Assembly: GCA_949299395.1 (NCBI GenBank)
Contig: CASGAB010000003.1
Span: 137-64,136 of the forward strand
Origin: an uncultured bacterium
Lineage (GTDB): Bacteria; Bacillota_I; Bacilli_A; RFN20; CAG-826
Direction of reading: 5' to 3'
DNA length: 64,000 bases
The notes below the pieces were generated by a model. It was given only the letters and a program-made list of their open reading frames with translations. It was not told where the DNA came from and ran no database searches. Below, piece by piece: positions 39,489 through 49,852 of this stretch (positions are counted from its first letter, which is position 1; each line of letters opens with the position of its first letter). Both the position numbers and the translations under genes were made by a program.

Positions 39489-41510
39489 ATGCTTTATATA
39501 ACGCTTTTTCTTTCTTTATTAAGCGCATCCTTAATTTATAATGCTTCATATATTTTTGGGATATTTTTCGCTATTTTATCTTTATTTTTCTTATTTAAAG
39601 AGAAAAATAAGAAATTTATAGCTCTTTTTATAATAGCGTTTTCGACCTTCTTTATTTTTCTATTTTTAAAAGATTTATTATTTATTAATAGCGAATATTA
39701 CTTAATTTTAGAAAGAAAAAGTAGTTATGTAATTTGTTTTAATGGATTAGATTCTTTTTATTTAAAGGTAGATAAAGAATCAGCCTTTGATACTTTTGAT
39801 ATTATAAAAGTTGAAAAATATACGATAAAATCAATAGATTTTACCGTTTTAGAATCAGGATTTGATTTTAATCAATATTTATTTTCTAAAGATGTTGATC
39901 ATCAAATTGAAGCAAGTAAAATAACTTCAGTTTTTAATTTTCCTTTATCGTTTTTTATATTAAAAGAAAACTTTTTAAATGGTTTTGAAAATGAAATAAT
40001 TAGAAACTTTGTTAGTGGTTTTTTATTTTCAAGTTTAGATTATAGTTTAGAGGAAACTTATTTAATTAAAGATCTTCAAATCATAACTTTATTCTCTTTA
40101 AGCGGCATTTATCTTAATTTTATTTTGTATGGTTTAAAGAAAATATTCTTCTTAAAATTTAGTGAAAAAACATCATATATTCTGTCATTTATCGTTGTTT
40201 TTCCGTTTTTATTTATAAATATTTCTCGTTTTACAACAATAAAAGTTATCGTTTTCTATATTTTTAATTTTATTAACAGGATTTATTTAGATAGAAAATT
40301 TTCAAGACTAGAAGCGATAGCAATTGTTGGATCGTTTTTTATAGTTTTATCTAATCGTATAATTTTTCAGGCTGGATTTTATATGTCTTTTTTAATCTAT
40401 ACTTTTTTAGGCTTAAGCGGCTCAAAATTTAATGATTTAGGCTATTTTGAAAAGAAGATTGCTCTTCAATTACTATTAGTTTTTATTGTTTTACCTTTTA
40501 ATATTTCATTTAATAATTCGTTTAATATTATTTCTTTTGTCTTCATGATGATTTTTATGCTCCTAAGCAAAGTAATTTTTGTTTTTGCTATCTTAACTTT
40601 TTTATTTTTGCCTAACTTTATTATTGAAGAGATTTTAAAAGTAGTTTATCGAATAATTTATGCTTGTGATTCATTAAAAATTAATATTCATATACCGGAA
40701 TTTAATCATCTTTTATATATAATTTATTTTATTTTGCTCGTTTTATTTTTATATTTATATGAAGTTAACTTTAAAAGAAAATATCATAAAGTCGGATTCA
40801 TTCTATCAGCAATATTATTAATTTATACAATTCCTATCGATAATTATATGTCTACACAAATTAGTTTTATTAATATTGGACAAGGCGATTCAACGTTAAT
40901 AAGAGTTAAAAATAAGGCTTATTTAATCGATACAGGAGGATTAACTTATACAGATGTTGCTTTAAATAATTTAATCCCTTATTTAAAGAAAAATAGAATT
41001 TATTCACTTGAAGGAGTTTTTATTACACACGATGATTATGATCATAGTGGAGCTTTAACTTCTTTAACTAATAATTTCGAAGTTAAAAATGTTTATACAC
41101 AAAATAATTTTGATTCATTTAAGGATGAAAATCTTCCTTTAATTAATTTAAATAATTATGTCGATTTATGGGGTGATGATGAAAATGAAAAATCGCTTGT
41201 CTTATATTTAGATATTTATGATAAAACTTTCTTATTTATGGGAGATGCTTCTACTAACATTGAAAAAAGAATAATTTTAGATTATCCTTCGCTTGATGTT
41301 GATTATTTAAAAGTATCGCATCATGGCTCGAAAACAGCATCATCACTAGATTTTTTAAAGAAAATAACTCCTGAGGAAGCAATAATTTCTGTTGGCAAAA
41401 ACAATTGGTATAATCATCCAAATGATGAAGTTTTAGCAAATTTAAAAAGAGTAAATGCAAAGATTAGAAGAACTGATTTAGAAGGAACAATCACATATAA
41501 ATTTTATTAA
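39489..41510 (+). CDS. comEC: DNA internalization channel ComEC (competence domain plus C-terminal metallo-beta-lactamase)
   Basis: Polytopic membrane region. C-terminal HDDYDHSG motif. Confidence 0.85.
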   Translation: MLYITLFLSLLSASLIYNASYIFGIFFAILSLFFLFKEKNKKFIALFIIAFSTFFIFLFLKDLLFINSEYYLILERKSSYVICFNGLDSFYLKVDKESAFDTFDIIKVEKYTIKSIDFTVLESGFDFNQYLFSKDVDHQIEASKITSVFNFPLSFFILKENFLNGFENEIIRNFVSGFLFSSLDYSLEETYLIKDLQIITLFSLSGIYLNFILYGLKKIFFLKFSEKTSYILSFIVVFPFLFINISRFTTIKVIVFYIFNFINRIYLDRKFSRLEAIAIVGSFFIVLSNRIIFQAGFYMSFLIYTFLGLSGSKFNDLGYFEKKIALQLLLVFIVLPFNISFNNSFNIISFVFMMIFMLLSKVIFVFAILTFLFLPNFIIEEILKVVYRIIYACDSLKINIHIPEFNHLLYIIYFILLVLFLYLYEVNFKRKYHKVGFILSAILLIYTIPIDNYMSTQISFINIGQGDSTLIRVKNKAYLIDTGGLTYTDVALNNLIPYLKKNRIYSLEGVFITHDDYDHSGALTSLTNNFEVKNVYTQNNFDSFKDENLPLINLNNYVDLWGDDENEKSLVLYLDIYDKTFLFMGDASTNIEKRIILDYPSLDVDYLKVSHHGSKTASSLDFLKKITPEEAIISVGKNNWYNHPNDEVLANLKRVNAKIRRTDLEGTITYKFY

Positions 41511-41534
41511 GTTTATAGTAAAATATTTTTAGAA

Positions 41535-42509
41535 ATGAATTATATTTTATTCGGTGAAGAAGATTTTTTAATTAAACAAAGAGTTAACAAACTTGTTAAG
41601 TCTTTTTTTGATAAAGAAGAAAAAAATATTTATAAAAGTGATTATTTAACTGATGGGTTAAATGATTTTATCAGTGCTTTAGAACAAGTAGATTTTTTAT
41701 TTTCTTCAAAAAAATGCATTATTTTAGATAATGCTGATTTTTTAAGTGAAGAAAAAGAAAGAAAAAAGATTGATAAGTTTATTAATGATAAATTACTTGG
41801 CTTATTAAAAGATGATAATGATGAGATTTTAACTATTTTTATTACCCATAAAGCTACAAAAAATGGAACACTTTTAGCAAGAAGTGAAATCGTTAAATTA
41901 ATTGAAAAAAAGGGGAAAATTTATTCATTTCCAGCCATAAAGAAAAATGATTTTTTATCTTATATAAGAAAATATTTTGAAATGCACGGTTATGAAATTG
42001 ATGAAAGTGCAATTAAGTTAATGAGCGAAAATGTAGGAAGTGATTTATATTTATTTAATAATGAAGCTCAAAAATTAATGCCTTATGTTGATAAAAAAAT
42101 AATCACAAAAGAAGATGTTGAAGCTATTTGTTCGGTAAATATCGATGATAATATGTTTGACTTATCAAATGCTTTTTTAGCAAAAGATAATAAAAAAGTT
42201 TTTAAAATTTATAATGATTTAACTATTAGAGGAATCGAACCAGTTGTTTTAATTGCATTTTTAACAACTAATTTCATTTCTTATGATAAAATACTTTATT
42301 TATCATTAAGCGGATATTCTAATGAAGAAATAGCAACATCATTAAAAATGCACCCATATGCTGTTCAAATCTCTTTAAGAGGTTTAAGAAATTATACTTT
42401 AGATGAAATTGAAAATATTTTAAATAAATTATACGAGTTAGACAAAAATATTAAGTTAGGAAACGTTGATCGTTTCTTCGCTTTTGAATCATTCTTACTT
42501 TATTTATAA
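41535..42509 (+). CDS. holA: DNA polymerase III delta subunit
   Basis: Conserved position after comEC. 324 aa with delta-like fold pattern. Confidence 0.7.
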   Translation: MNYILFGEEDFLIKQRVNKLVKSFFDKEEKNIYKSDYLTDGLNDFISALEQVDFLFSSKKCIILDNADFLSEEKERKKIDKFINDKLLGLLKDDNDEILTIFITHKATKNGTLLARSEIVKLIEKKGKIYSFPAIKKNDFLSYIRKYFEMHGYEIDESAIKLMSENVGSDLYLFNNEAQKLMPYVDKKIITKEDVEAICSVNIDDNMFDLSNAFLAKDNKKVFKIYNDLTIRGIEPVVLIAFLTTNFISYDKILYLSLSGYSNEEIATSLKMHPYAVQISLRGLRNYTLDEIENILNKLYELDKNIKLGNVDRFFAFESFLLYL

Positions 42510-42528
42510 GAAGTAAAAGAAGTAATAA

Positions 42529-42556
42529 AAAAAGTACCAATTCGGTACTTTATTTA
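42529..42556. terminator. Bidirectional terminator between holA and rpsT
   Basis: AAAGTACC-aattc-GGTACTTT flanked by A7 upstream and T-rich sequence downstream. Confidence 0.75.
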
Positions 42557-42813
42557 ATTGAATTAACTAAATTTTGAATTGTACTCTTTTCTCTAGCGGC
42601 AGTTTTCTTGTGGACAATACCTTTTACAACTGCTCTATCAATGATTGAAACAGCTTTATTTAATGCTAAAGTTGCTTTTTCTAAGTCTTTTGCTTCAACA
42701 GCGACTTTAACAGCTTTAATTGCAGTTCTTAATTTTGATTTGTAAGAGATATTTCTTAATCTAGCTTTTTCGTTTGTTTTATTTCTTTTAATTTGTGATT
42801 TAATATTTGCCAT
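42550..42813 (-). CDS. rpsT: 30S ribosomal protein S20
   Basis: MANIKSQIKR... with GAGGT ribosome-binding site. The track ORF extends 13 codons upstream to a TTG. The ATG at 42811-42813 is the likely start. Confidence 0.9.
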   Translation of the reverse strand: MANIKSQIKRNKTNEKARLRNISYKSKLRTAIKAVKVAVEAKDLEKATLALNKAVSIIDRAVVKGIVHKKTAAREKSTIQNLVNSIK

Positions 42814-42944
42814 AATATCTACCTCAATTAATACGCTTAAAAATATTACCAAAAGTTCATTTAAAAATCAATGCGAAATATTTATATTTTTGTCGTAAAA
42901 ATTGCTAAAATATAACTCGAAATAATATATAGGAGGTTTCACAA

Positions 42945-43889
42945 ATGTTAAACAAGAAAAATATTAAAATTTTATTCTTTGGAACTCCTGAAATAAGTGC
43001 ATATCTTTTAGAAGAACTTATCAAAAATAACTATAACATTATTGGTCTTGTCGCTCAAGAAGATAAACCTGTAGGTAGAAAAGGGGTAATTGAAGCAGTT
43101 CCTACTAAAAAAGTAGCTTTAAAATATAATTTACCAGTTTATCAATATAAAAAGGTCAGTGAACATGTTGATGAAATTAAAAAACTTGAACCTGATTTAA
43201 TTTTAACATTGGCTTTTGGACAAATTGTCTCTCATGAACTTTTAATGGTTCCTAAATATGGATGCTTAAATTTGCATGGATCAATTTTACCTAAATATAG
43301 AGGCGCTGCACCTATTCAATATTCTTTGTTAAATGGTGATAAAGAAACCGGAATTTCATTAATGGAAATGGTCGATAAAATGGATGCTGGTCGTGTTTTT
43401 GCGATTGAAAAGATAAAAATTGAAGATGAAGATAACTACACAACTTTAGTAGACAAATTAAAAGTTGCTTCATTTTTATGTGTAGATAAATATTTAGATG
43501 GTTATCTTAATGGCGAATTGAAGGGTGAAGAACAAGATGAATCTCTTGTTACATTTACTAAAAAAATAAAAGAAGAAGATGAAGTGATAAATTTTAATGA
43601 AGATGCGACAGTTTTGTTTAATAAAATTAGAGCTTTAGCGATGAATCCAGGCGCTCATTTCATTTTCAATGATGTTAAATACAAAGTTTTTAAAACCTCA
43701 GTTGTTAAGGATAACAGTGATAAAAAACCAGGAACTATTATTTCTTATGATAAAAAGAATTTTATTGTTAAATGTAAAAATGATGCATTAAAGATTGAGA
43801 TTTTACAAAAACCAGGTAAAAAAGCGATGGATTACAACGATTTCTATAATGGAAACGCTAAAACTTTTGAAATTAATCAAATAATTTAA
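42945..43889 (+). CDS. fmt: Methionyl-tRNA formyltransferase
   Basis: FFGTPE, HGSILPKYRG and C-terminal domain. 314 aa. Confidence 0.9.
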   Translation: MLNKKNIKILFFGTPEISAYLLEELIKNNYNIIGLVAQEDKPVGRKGVIEAVPTKKVALKYNLPVYQYKKVSEHVDEIKKLEPDLILTLAFGQIVSHELLMVPKYGCLNLHGSILPKYRGAAPIQYSLLNGDKETGISLMEMVDKMDAGRVFAIEKIKIEDEDNYTTLVDKLKVASFLCVDKYLDGYLNGELKGEEQDESLVTFTKKIKEEDEVINFNEDATVLFNKIRALAMNPGAHFIFNDVKYKVFKTSVVKDNSDKKPGTIISYDKKNFIVKCKNDALKIEILQKPGKKAMDYNDFYNGNAKTFEINQII

Positions 43890-43890
43890 A

Positions 43891-46254
43891 ATGATAAAAA
43901 TAGAGCTTAGTGTACACGATTTAGTTGATTTTATATTAAGAACGGGGAACATTGATTCTCGAGTTTTTAACTATTCAACAATGGAAGAAGGAAGTAAAAT
44001 TCACCGTTCTTATCAATCTTTACAAGGTGAAAAATATATTCCTGAATATTTTTTAAAATATAGTTTTGAAAATCGTGATTATTTATATACATTAAGTGGT
44101 CGATGTGATGGAATTATTGTCGGAGAAAATAATGAGATAACAATTGATGAAATCAAATCGACAAATACTTCATTAGAAAAGTTTTTTAAACAAAATAAAA
44201 AATGGCATTTAGGACAAGCGGAAGTTTATGCCTTAATTTATTGTTTAATTGAAGGCTTAGAAACGATAAATATACGATTAACATACATCTCTCAACAAGA
44301 TGGAACTATACTTATTAAAAACTTTAAATATACTAAAAAACGACTAACAAGCAAAATAAATTCATATTTAGATAAATATTCTGATTATTTGGACTCTCAA
44401 AGAGAGTTTGAAGAATTAAAAGAATTATCTTTACAAAAAATGTCTTTTCCTTTCTCTTTTTATCGTAAAGGACAAGAAGAAATGGTTAATTTAACTTATG
44501 AATGTTTATCAAATAAAGATATTTATTTTTTTGAAGCTAGTACAGGTATAGGAAAGACGATGTCTTTAATTTATGGTGCTTTAAAAGGTTTAAAAGATAA
44601 AAAATGTAATAAAATTTTCTATTTAAGTGCTAAAAATAGTGGATTTGATGCGGCTTTAAATGCAATAAAAATATTATTTGATAATGGAGTAAAAATTAAA
44701 TGTTTACAAGTTACTTCAAGAGAAAAGATTTGTATTAATAAAAATCCAAATAAAAGATGTAATCCTGATGATTGTCCATTTGCAAAAGATTATTATTCAA
44801 AATTATATGAAATCATTATTGAATCTTTAAAAAAGTACGATATATTCGATAAAAATACTATTTTAGAGATTGCTAATAGATATGGTGTTTGCCCATTTGA
44901 ATTATCTTTAGATTTATCGTTAAGATGCGATTACATCGTTTGTGATTACAATTATTTATATGATCCAACCGCTTATTTAAGAAGGTTTTTTGATGATCAA
45001 AGTAATGATAATAAATCGTTTATTTTAGTTGATGAAGCACACAATTTAGTTGATAGATCTCGTTCTATGTATTCAGCTTTTATCTTAATGAATGAGATTA
45101 ATGAAGCGATGAAAGAACTTAAAAAGTTAAAATCGAAAAAACTTTATAACAATTTAAATGAATTAAAAGAGAAAATTTTAGTTTATAAAGATATCTTTTT
45201 TGATAATGAAAACGTGAAAACTATCGAAGAAATTAATGAAGATATTCTTTTATTAATAAATAAATTCAAAAATAATTATATTGCTTTTAAAAAGAAAGAT
45301 TACTTATCTAAAACAAAAGCTAGTGATGATTTCTCGTTACATTTAAATTCATTTTTAGCAATTTATGATCTTTATAACCAATCAAATTTTAAAATTAATT
45401 TATACAAAAACGGCAACGATATCGATATTTTTATTAATTGTTTAGATGCATCAACATATTTAAAAAATATTTCATCAAAACAAGCCTCAACTATCTTTTT
45501 TAGTGCAACTTTATCACCGGTTTCATACTATAAAAAATTATTATTAGGTGCTGAAGATTATAAAGATTTCAAGTGGGACTCGCCTTTTGAAGATCAAAAC
45601 TTAAAAGTCTTAGTTAAAAACGATATTTCAATTAAATATAAAGACAGAGATTTGACGATGGCTAACGTACTTTTTGATGTTTATGAGTTCATTAAAAATA
45701 AGGTTGGAAATTATATAGTTTTTTCTCCGTCTTTTGAATATTTATATAAATTAAAAGAGCTCGTTTCAAAATCTTCTTTATTCAATGATTTTGATATTTA
45801 TTTCCAAGAAAAGAATATGAAATTAGAAGAAAAAGAAGAATTTTTAAATAATTTTGTCGAAAACCCACTTAAAACAACAATCGCTTTTTGCGTTAATGGG
45901 GGTAGTTTTTCTGAAGGAATAGATTTAATTGATAGTAGACTTATTGGAGTAGTAATTATTGGAGTAGGATTACCTTCAATTTCTTATGAAAACTCTCAAT
46001 TGAGTGAATATTTTATTAATCAAGGACTTAACGGATATGAGTTTACTTTTGTTAATCCAGGTATAAATAAAATCATGCAATCGGTTGGTAGAGTTATTCG
46101 AACCGAAAATGATCGAGGAATGGCTTTATTAATTGATAATAGATATTCCTATAAAAATTATAAATTTTTATTTTCAGAACTGTGGAAAAATTCAAAATTT
46201 ATAAAAAATAGTTCTGATATCTCAAAAGAAGTAGAAAATTTTTATAAAAAATAA
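43891..46254 (+). CDS. DinG/XPD-family Fe-S DNA helicase with an N-terminal RecB/Cas4-like PD-(D/E)xK nuclease domain
   Basis: N-terminus: GRCDGII...IDEIKST...QAEVYALIY (D, ExK and QxxxY motifs). Helicase: GIGKT, four-Cys Fe-S cluster (C..C..CPF..CPFE), DEAHNL, and C-terminal QSVGRVIR. Confidence 0.7.
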   Translation: MIKIELSVHDLVDFILRTGNIDSRVFNYSTMEEGSKIHRSYQSLQGEKYIPEYFLKYSFENRDYLYTLSGRCDGIIVGENNEITIDEIKSTNTSLEKFFKQNKKWHLGQAEVYALIYCLIEGLETINIRLTYISQQDGTILIKNFKYTKKRLTSKINSYLDKYSDYLDSQREFEELKELSLQKMSFPFSFYRKGQEEMVNLTYECLSNKDIYFFEASTGIGKTMSLIYGALKGLKDKKCNKIFYLSAKNSGFDAALNAIKILFDNGVKIKCLQVTSREKICINKNPNKRCNPDDCPFAKDYYSKLYEIIIESLKKYDIFDKNTILEIANRYGVCPFELSLDLSLRCDYIVCDYNYLYDPTAYLRRFFDDQSNDNKSFILVDEAHNLVDRSRSMYSAFILMNEINEAMKELKKLKSKKLYNNLNELKEKILVYKDIFFDNENVKTIEEINEDILLLINKFKNNYIAFKKKDYLSKTKASDDFSLHLNSFLAIYDLYNQSNFKINLYKNGNDIDIFINCLDASTYLKNISSKQASTIFFSATLSPVSYYKKLLLGAEDYKDFKWDSPFEDQNLKVLVKNDISIKYKDRDLTMANVLFDVYEFIKNKVGNYIVFSPSFEYLYKLKELVSKSSLFNDFDIYFQEKNMKLEEKEEFLNNFVENPLKTTIAFCVNGGSFSEGIDLIDSRLIGVVIIGVGLPSISYENSQLSEYFINQGLNGYEFTFVNPGINKIMQSVGRVIRTENDRGMALLIDNRYSYKNYKFLFSELWKNSKFIKNSSDISKEVENFYKK

Positions 46255-46280
46255 GGAAGATTGTGATATATTTATAGACT

Positions 46281-48095
46281 ATGGAATATAAAAAAGAACT
46301 GATTCGTAATTTTTCAATTATCGCTCATATAGATCACGGTAAATCAACAATCGCTGATCGTATTTTAGAATTGACCGAAACTATTGAAAAAAGAGAAATG
46401 AAAGATCAACTTCTTGATTCAATGGATTTAGAAAGAGAAAGAGGAATTACAATCAAGTTAAATGCTGTTACTATTCGATATAATTCTTTGGATGGTAATT
46501 CATATATTTTTAATTTAATCGATACTCCAGGGCATGTCGACTTTACTTATGAAGTTTCTCGTTCTTTAGCAGCTTGTGAAGGCGCAGTATTAGTAATTGA
46601 TGCAACTCAAGGAATTGAGGCTCAAACTTTAGCAAACCTTTATTTAGCTGTTGATAATGACTTAATGATTATTCCAGTTATTAATAAAATTGATTTACCA
46701 AGTGCTAGAATTTCTTTTTGCCAAGAAGAAATTACTGAAAGAATTGGAATTGATGGCGAAACTGCTATACCTGTAAGTGCTAAAACAGGCGAAAATATTC
46801 GTGAAATTTTAGAAAGAATTGTTAGTGATTGTCCAGCTCCTTCAGGAGATAATTCTAATCCTTTACAAGCTTTAATTTTTGATAGTTATTACGATTCTTA
46901 TCGTGGTGTTGTTATTTTAATTCGTATTAAAGATGGCTGTGTAAAAGTTGGCGATGAAATAAAACTTATGAGAAGTGGTGCCACTTTTAAAGTTACTGAA
47001 CTTGGAATTAGAACACCAAAAGAAGTTAGTAGAGATATTTTAAATTGCGGTGAAGTTGGTTATTTATGCGCACAAATTAAAGATATTAAAGATGTAGATG
47101 TTGGTGATACAATTACACTTTTAAATAATCAAGCAAAAGAAGCTTTACCAGGCTATAGAAAGATAAATCCAATGGTTTATTGTGGTATTTATCCTACTGA
47201 TTCAAGAAAGTACGATGATTTAAAAGAAGCTTTAGAAAAATTATGTTTAAACGATAGTTCTTTAAGATATGAAGCTGAAACTTCTCAAGCTTTAGGATTT
47301 GGCTTTAGATGCGGCTTTTTAGGACTTTTACATATGGATGTTATTCAAGAAAGACTCGAAAGAGAATATGGCCTTGATTTAATTCTTACCGCTCCAAGTG
47401 TTATTTATAAAATTTATATGACTGATGGAAGTGTCATTAATCTTGAAAACCCTTCAAAATTACCTGATTTAACATTAATTGATCGAATTGAAGAACCATA
47501 TGTTAAAGCAGAAATTATGACTCCTGAAGAATTTATTGGTCCAATTATGCAACTTTGTCAAGAAAAACGTGGTATTTATGTTGATCAAACATATTTTGAT
47601 CAAACAAGAAGAGTTTTAGTTTATGAAATGCCTTTAAATGAAATTATTTATAATTTCTTCGATAAACTTAAATCATATACAAGAGGTTATGCTTCACTTG
47701 ATTACTCTTTAAGTGATTATAAGCCTTCAAATTTATCGAAAATGGATATTTTACTTAATGGCGAAGTAATTGATGCGCTTTCTTCGATTGTTTATAAACC
47801 AGATGCATATAAAAAAGGCATAAAACTCGTATCAAAATTAAAAGAAGTTATTCCTCGTCAACAATTTGAAGTTCCAGTTCAAGCTGCAATCAATGGAAAA
47901 GTTATTGCTAGATGTGATATTAAAGCTGTTAGAAAAGACGTTTTAGCTAAATGTTATGGTGGAGATATTTCTCGTAAAAGAAAACTCTTAGAAAAACAAA
48001 AAGAAGGTAAAAAACGTATGAAAATGGTCGGAAGCGTTGAACTTCCTCAAGAAGCCTTCATGTCTATTCTTAGTGTTGGTGATGAAAACGACTAA
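46281..48095 (+). CDS. lepA: Elongation factor 4 (LepA)
   Basis: GTPase motifs AHIDHGKST and DTPGH. Characteristic LepA C-terminal domain. Confidence 0.95.
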   Translation: MEYKKELIRNFSIIAHIDHGKSTIADRILELTETIEKREMKDQLLDSMDLERERGITIKLNAVTIRYNSLDGNSYIFNLIDTPGHVDFTYEVSRSLAACEGAVLVIDATQGIEAQTLANLYLAVDNDLMIIPVINKIDLPSARISFCQEEITERIGIDGETAIPVSAKTGENIREILERIVSDCPAPSGDNSNPLQALIFDSYYDSYRGVVILIRIKDGCVKVGDEIKLMRSGATFKVTELGIRTPKEVSRDILNCGEVGYLCAQIKDIKDVDVGDTITLLNNQAKEALPGYRKINPMVYCGIYPTDSRKYDDLKEALEKLCLNDSSLRYEAETSQALGFGFRCGFLGLLHMDVIQERLEREYGLDLILTAPSVIYKIYMTDGSVINLENPSKLPDLTLIDRIEEPYVKAEIMTPEEFIGPIMQLCQEKRGIYVDQTYFDQTRRVLVYEMPLNEIIYNFFDKLKSYTRGYASLDYSLSDYKPSNLSKMDILLNGEVIDALSSIVYKPDAYKKGIKLVSKLKEVIPRQQFEVPVQAAINGKVIARCDIKAVRKDVLAKCYGGDISRKRKLLEKQKEGKKRMKMVGSVELPQEAFMSILSVGDEND

Positions 48096-48188
48096 AATTA
48101 AAATTATTACAATTTTTTAGTAGATTTTTAGTATTTAACCTTTATTAATTTAGTATTTTTATATATTATATTAATAGAGGTTTTTTAT

Positions 48189-49568
48189 ATGGCAAATTAT
48201 GAATTAGCAATCAAATATAGTAATGATGTTTATGCAACTAAAAAAGAAGTTAGTGAATATATGAGAACACCACAAGTTGATAGTGTTTGGCAAAATATTT
48301 TAGAGTATAGAACTCACTTCATGAAATCAACCGAACTCAAACACATCACCGGTGCTTTATATAGTATTTGTTTAACCCCAGCAATTAACGAAAAAATTAA
48401 TAATGTCGAAAGAAGATTAATGAGATTATATTCTCAATATATTCGTTTGCTTGTTAATAAAACCGATGAAATTTATCGTCGTTATGCTTATAAAGAAATA
48501 TTAGAAGTAGTTGCAAAGAATTATAACCTTACTTTAGATGAAATCTCTTTAAATAGAATTTTAAGTAAAAATGTTCAAGCTATTTCACCTGAATTAATGA
48601 TTATTTACCATTATTTCTTAGCTTTAGAAGATATGACAAATAATTATACAAAAGATATTAATGGCGAATCTTTTAAAAATTATTTAGATATTATTCAAGG
48701 TGTTAATGGTTCAACATTTAGAAGTAGTGAAATCCAAAACGTTTTAACAAAAAGTTTAATTAATAAACTTTATTTAGGTGTTCCAGTTTCTTCAATTGAT
48801 AAGAGTATGGAATCACTTGATTTATTCTTAAAAAATGATAGTTTTGGTATGTTTATCAAAGCTGCTGCTACTTTATACTATGCATATTATGTTAAACCAA
48901 TGGAAACATATAGCGAAGAAATCGCAGTTTTAGTATTTAAAAATATTTTATGTTCATTTGGCTTAGATGAAGTTGGATCAACTTTAAATTTCGAAGAGTT
49001 ATTAAAAGATAAAGAAGAGTTAGAAAAACATATTTTAGAATCACAAAAAAGTTTAGATCTTACCTATTTATTAATGTTTGTTTTAAATAAAACTAACGAT
49101 ATTATCGATAAAGCATTTAAAGTTTTAGGTAATGCAAAAGCTAGTGAAATTTCTAAAGAAATGTTTGAAGAAGATGTTAAAGTTGAATCAGTTATGCCTG
49201 ATTTAAGCGATTTAGAAAGTAAAATTGAAGTTAAATCTCCTCAAACTATTGCTAAAGAAGAAAAAGGTTTTGCAATGAATCAACAAATTGCAATTGATAC
49301 AATTCCAACTGGCTTAAGCGAAGCTGAAGCAAAAGTTTTAGAAGAACATTTACTTGAACTTAATCCTAATTTATCGCATGGCCAAGCATATTTTTATGCA
49401 AGACACTGTACAGTAGGCATGTCATATACAATTTCTCAATATAAAAAAGAAGTTGGTTGTGCTTATGAAACTGCAAGAAGTTCCATGGATAAGCTTGTTT
49501 TCTTAGGTTACTACCGTAAAGAAATCTTAAAGAATAAATTTATCTATATACCTGTTAAAAGAAAATAG
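48189..49568 (+). CDS. Hypothetical protein; possibly a Fic/Doc-fold pseudoenzyme with a C-terminal winged helix
   Basis: The C-terminus (YTISQYKKEVGCAYETARSSMDKLVFLGYY) resembles the Fic C-terminal wHTH. The region aligned to HPFx(D/E)GNGR reads KPMETYSEE, fully degenerate. Inference only. Confidence 0.35.
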   Translation: MANYELAIKYSNDVYATKKEVSEYMRTPQVDSVWQNILEYRTHFMKSTELKHITGALYSICLTPAINEKINNVERRLMRLYSQYIRLLVNKTDEIYRRYAYKEILEVVAKNYNLTLDEISLNRILSKNVQAISPELMIIYHYFLALEDMTNNYTKDINGESFKNYLDIIQGVNGSTFRSSEIQNVLTKSLINKLYLGVPVSSIDKSMESLDLFLKNDSFGMFIKAAATLYYAYYVKPMETYSEEIAVLVFKNILCSFGLDEVGSTLNFEELLKDKEELEKHILESQKSLDLTYLLMFVLNKTNDIIDKAFKVLGNAKASEISKEMFEEDVKVESVMPDLSDLESKIEVKSPQTIAKEEKGFAMNQQIAIDTIPTGLSEAEAKVLEEHLLELNPNLSHGQAYFYARHCTVGMSYTISQYKKEVGCAYETARSSMDKLVFLGYYRKEILKNKFIYIPVKRK

Positions 49569-49603
49569 TGTATTATTTTAATGGAATTTAGGAGAAGTTT
49601 AAA

Positions 49604-49852
49604 ATGGTATTAGATTGGCTCGCAGAAAATAATTGGATAATTTTAGTAGCAGTTATTGCTGCCGCAGTAGTTATTGGCGGATTAGCTTTACTTATTCATA
49701 AGATTTTAAATAAAGATAAAAAGGATGAAAAACCAACCGAAGAAGAAATTGCTAATGAAACTATGGAACGTTATTTAGAAGACGTTGATAGTGAAGAAAC
49801 AAAAAAACAATTTGAAGAATTTGAAAATGAGAATAAGGAAGAAAATAAATAG
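49604..49852 (+). CDS. Small single-pass membrane protein with an acidic C-terminal tail
   Basis: AGGAG ribosome-binding site 9 nt upstream. One transmembrane helix (IILVAVIAAAVVIGGLALLI), then a DE-rich tail. The 3' end overlaps the hemW start. Confidence 0.45.
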   Translation: MVLDWLAENNWIILVAVIAAAVVIGGLALLIHKILNKDKKDEKPTEEEIANETMERYLEDVDSEETKKQFEEFENENKEENK

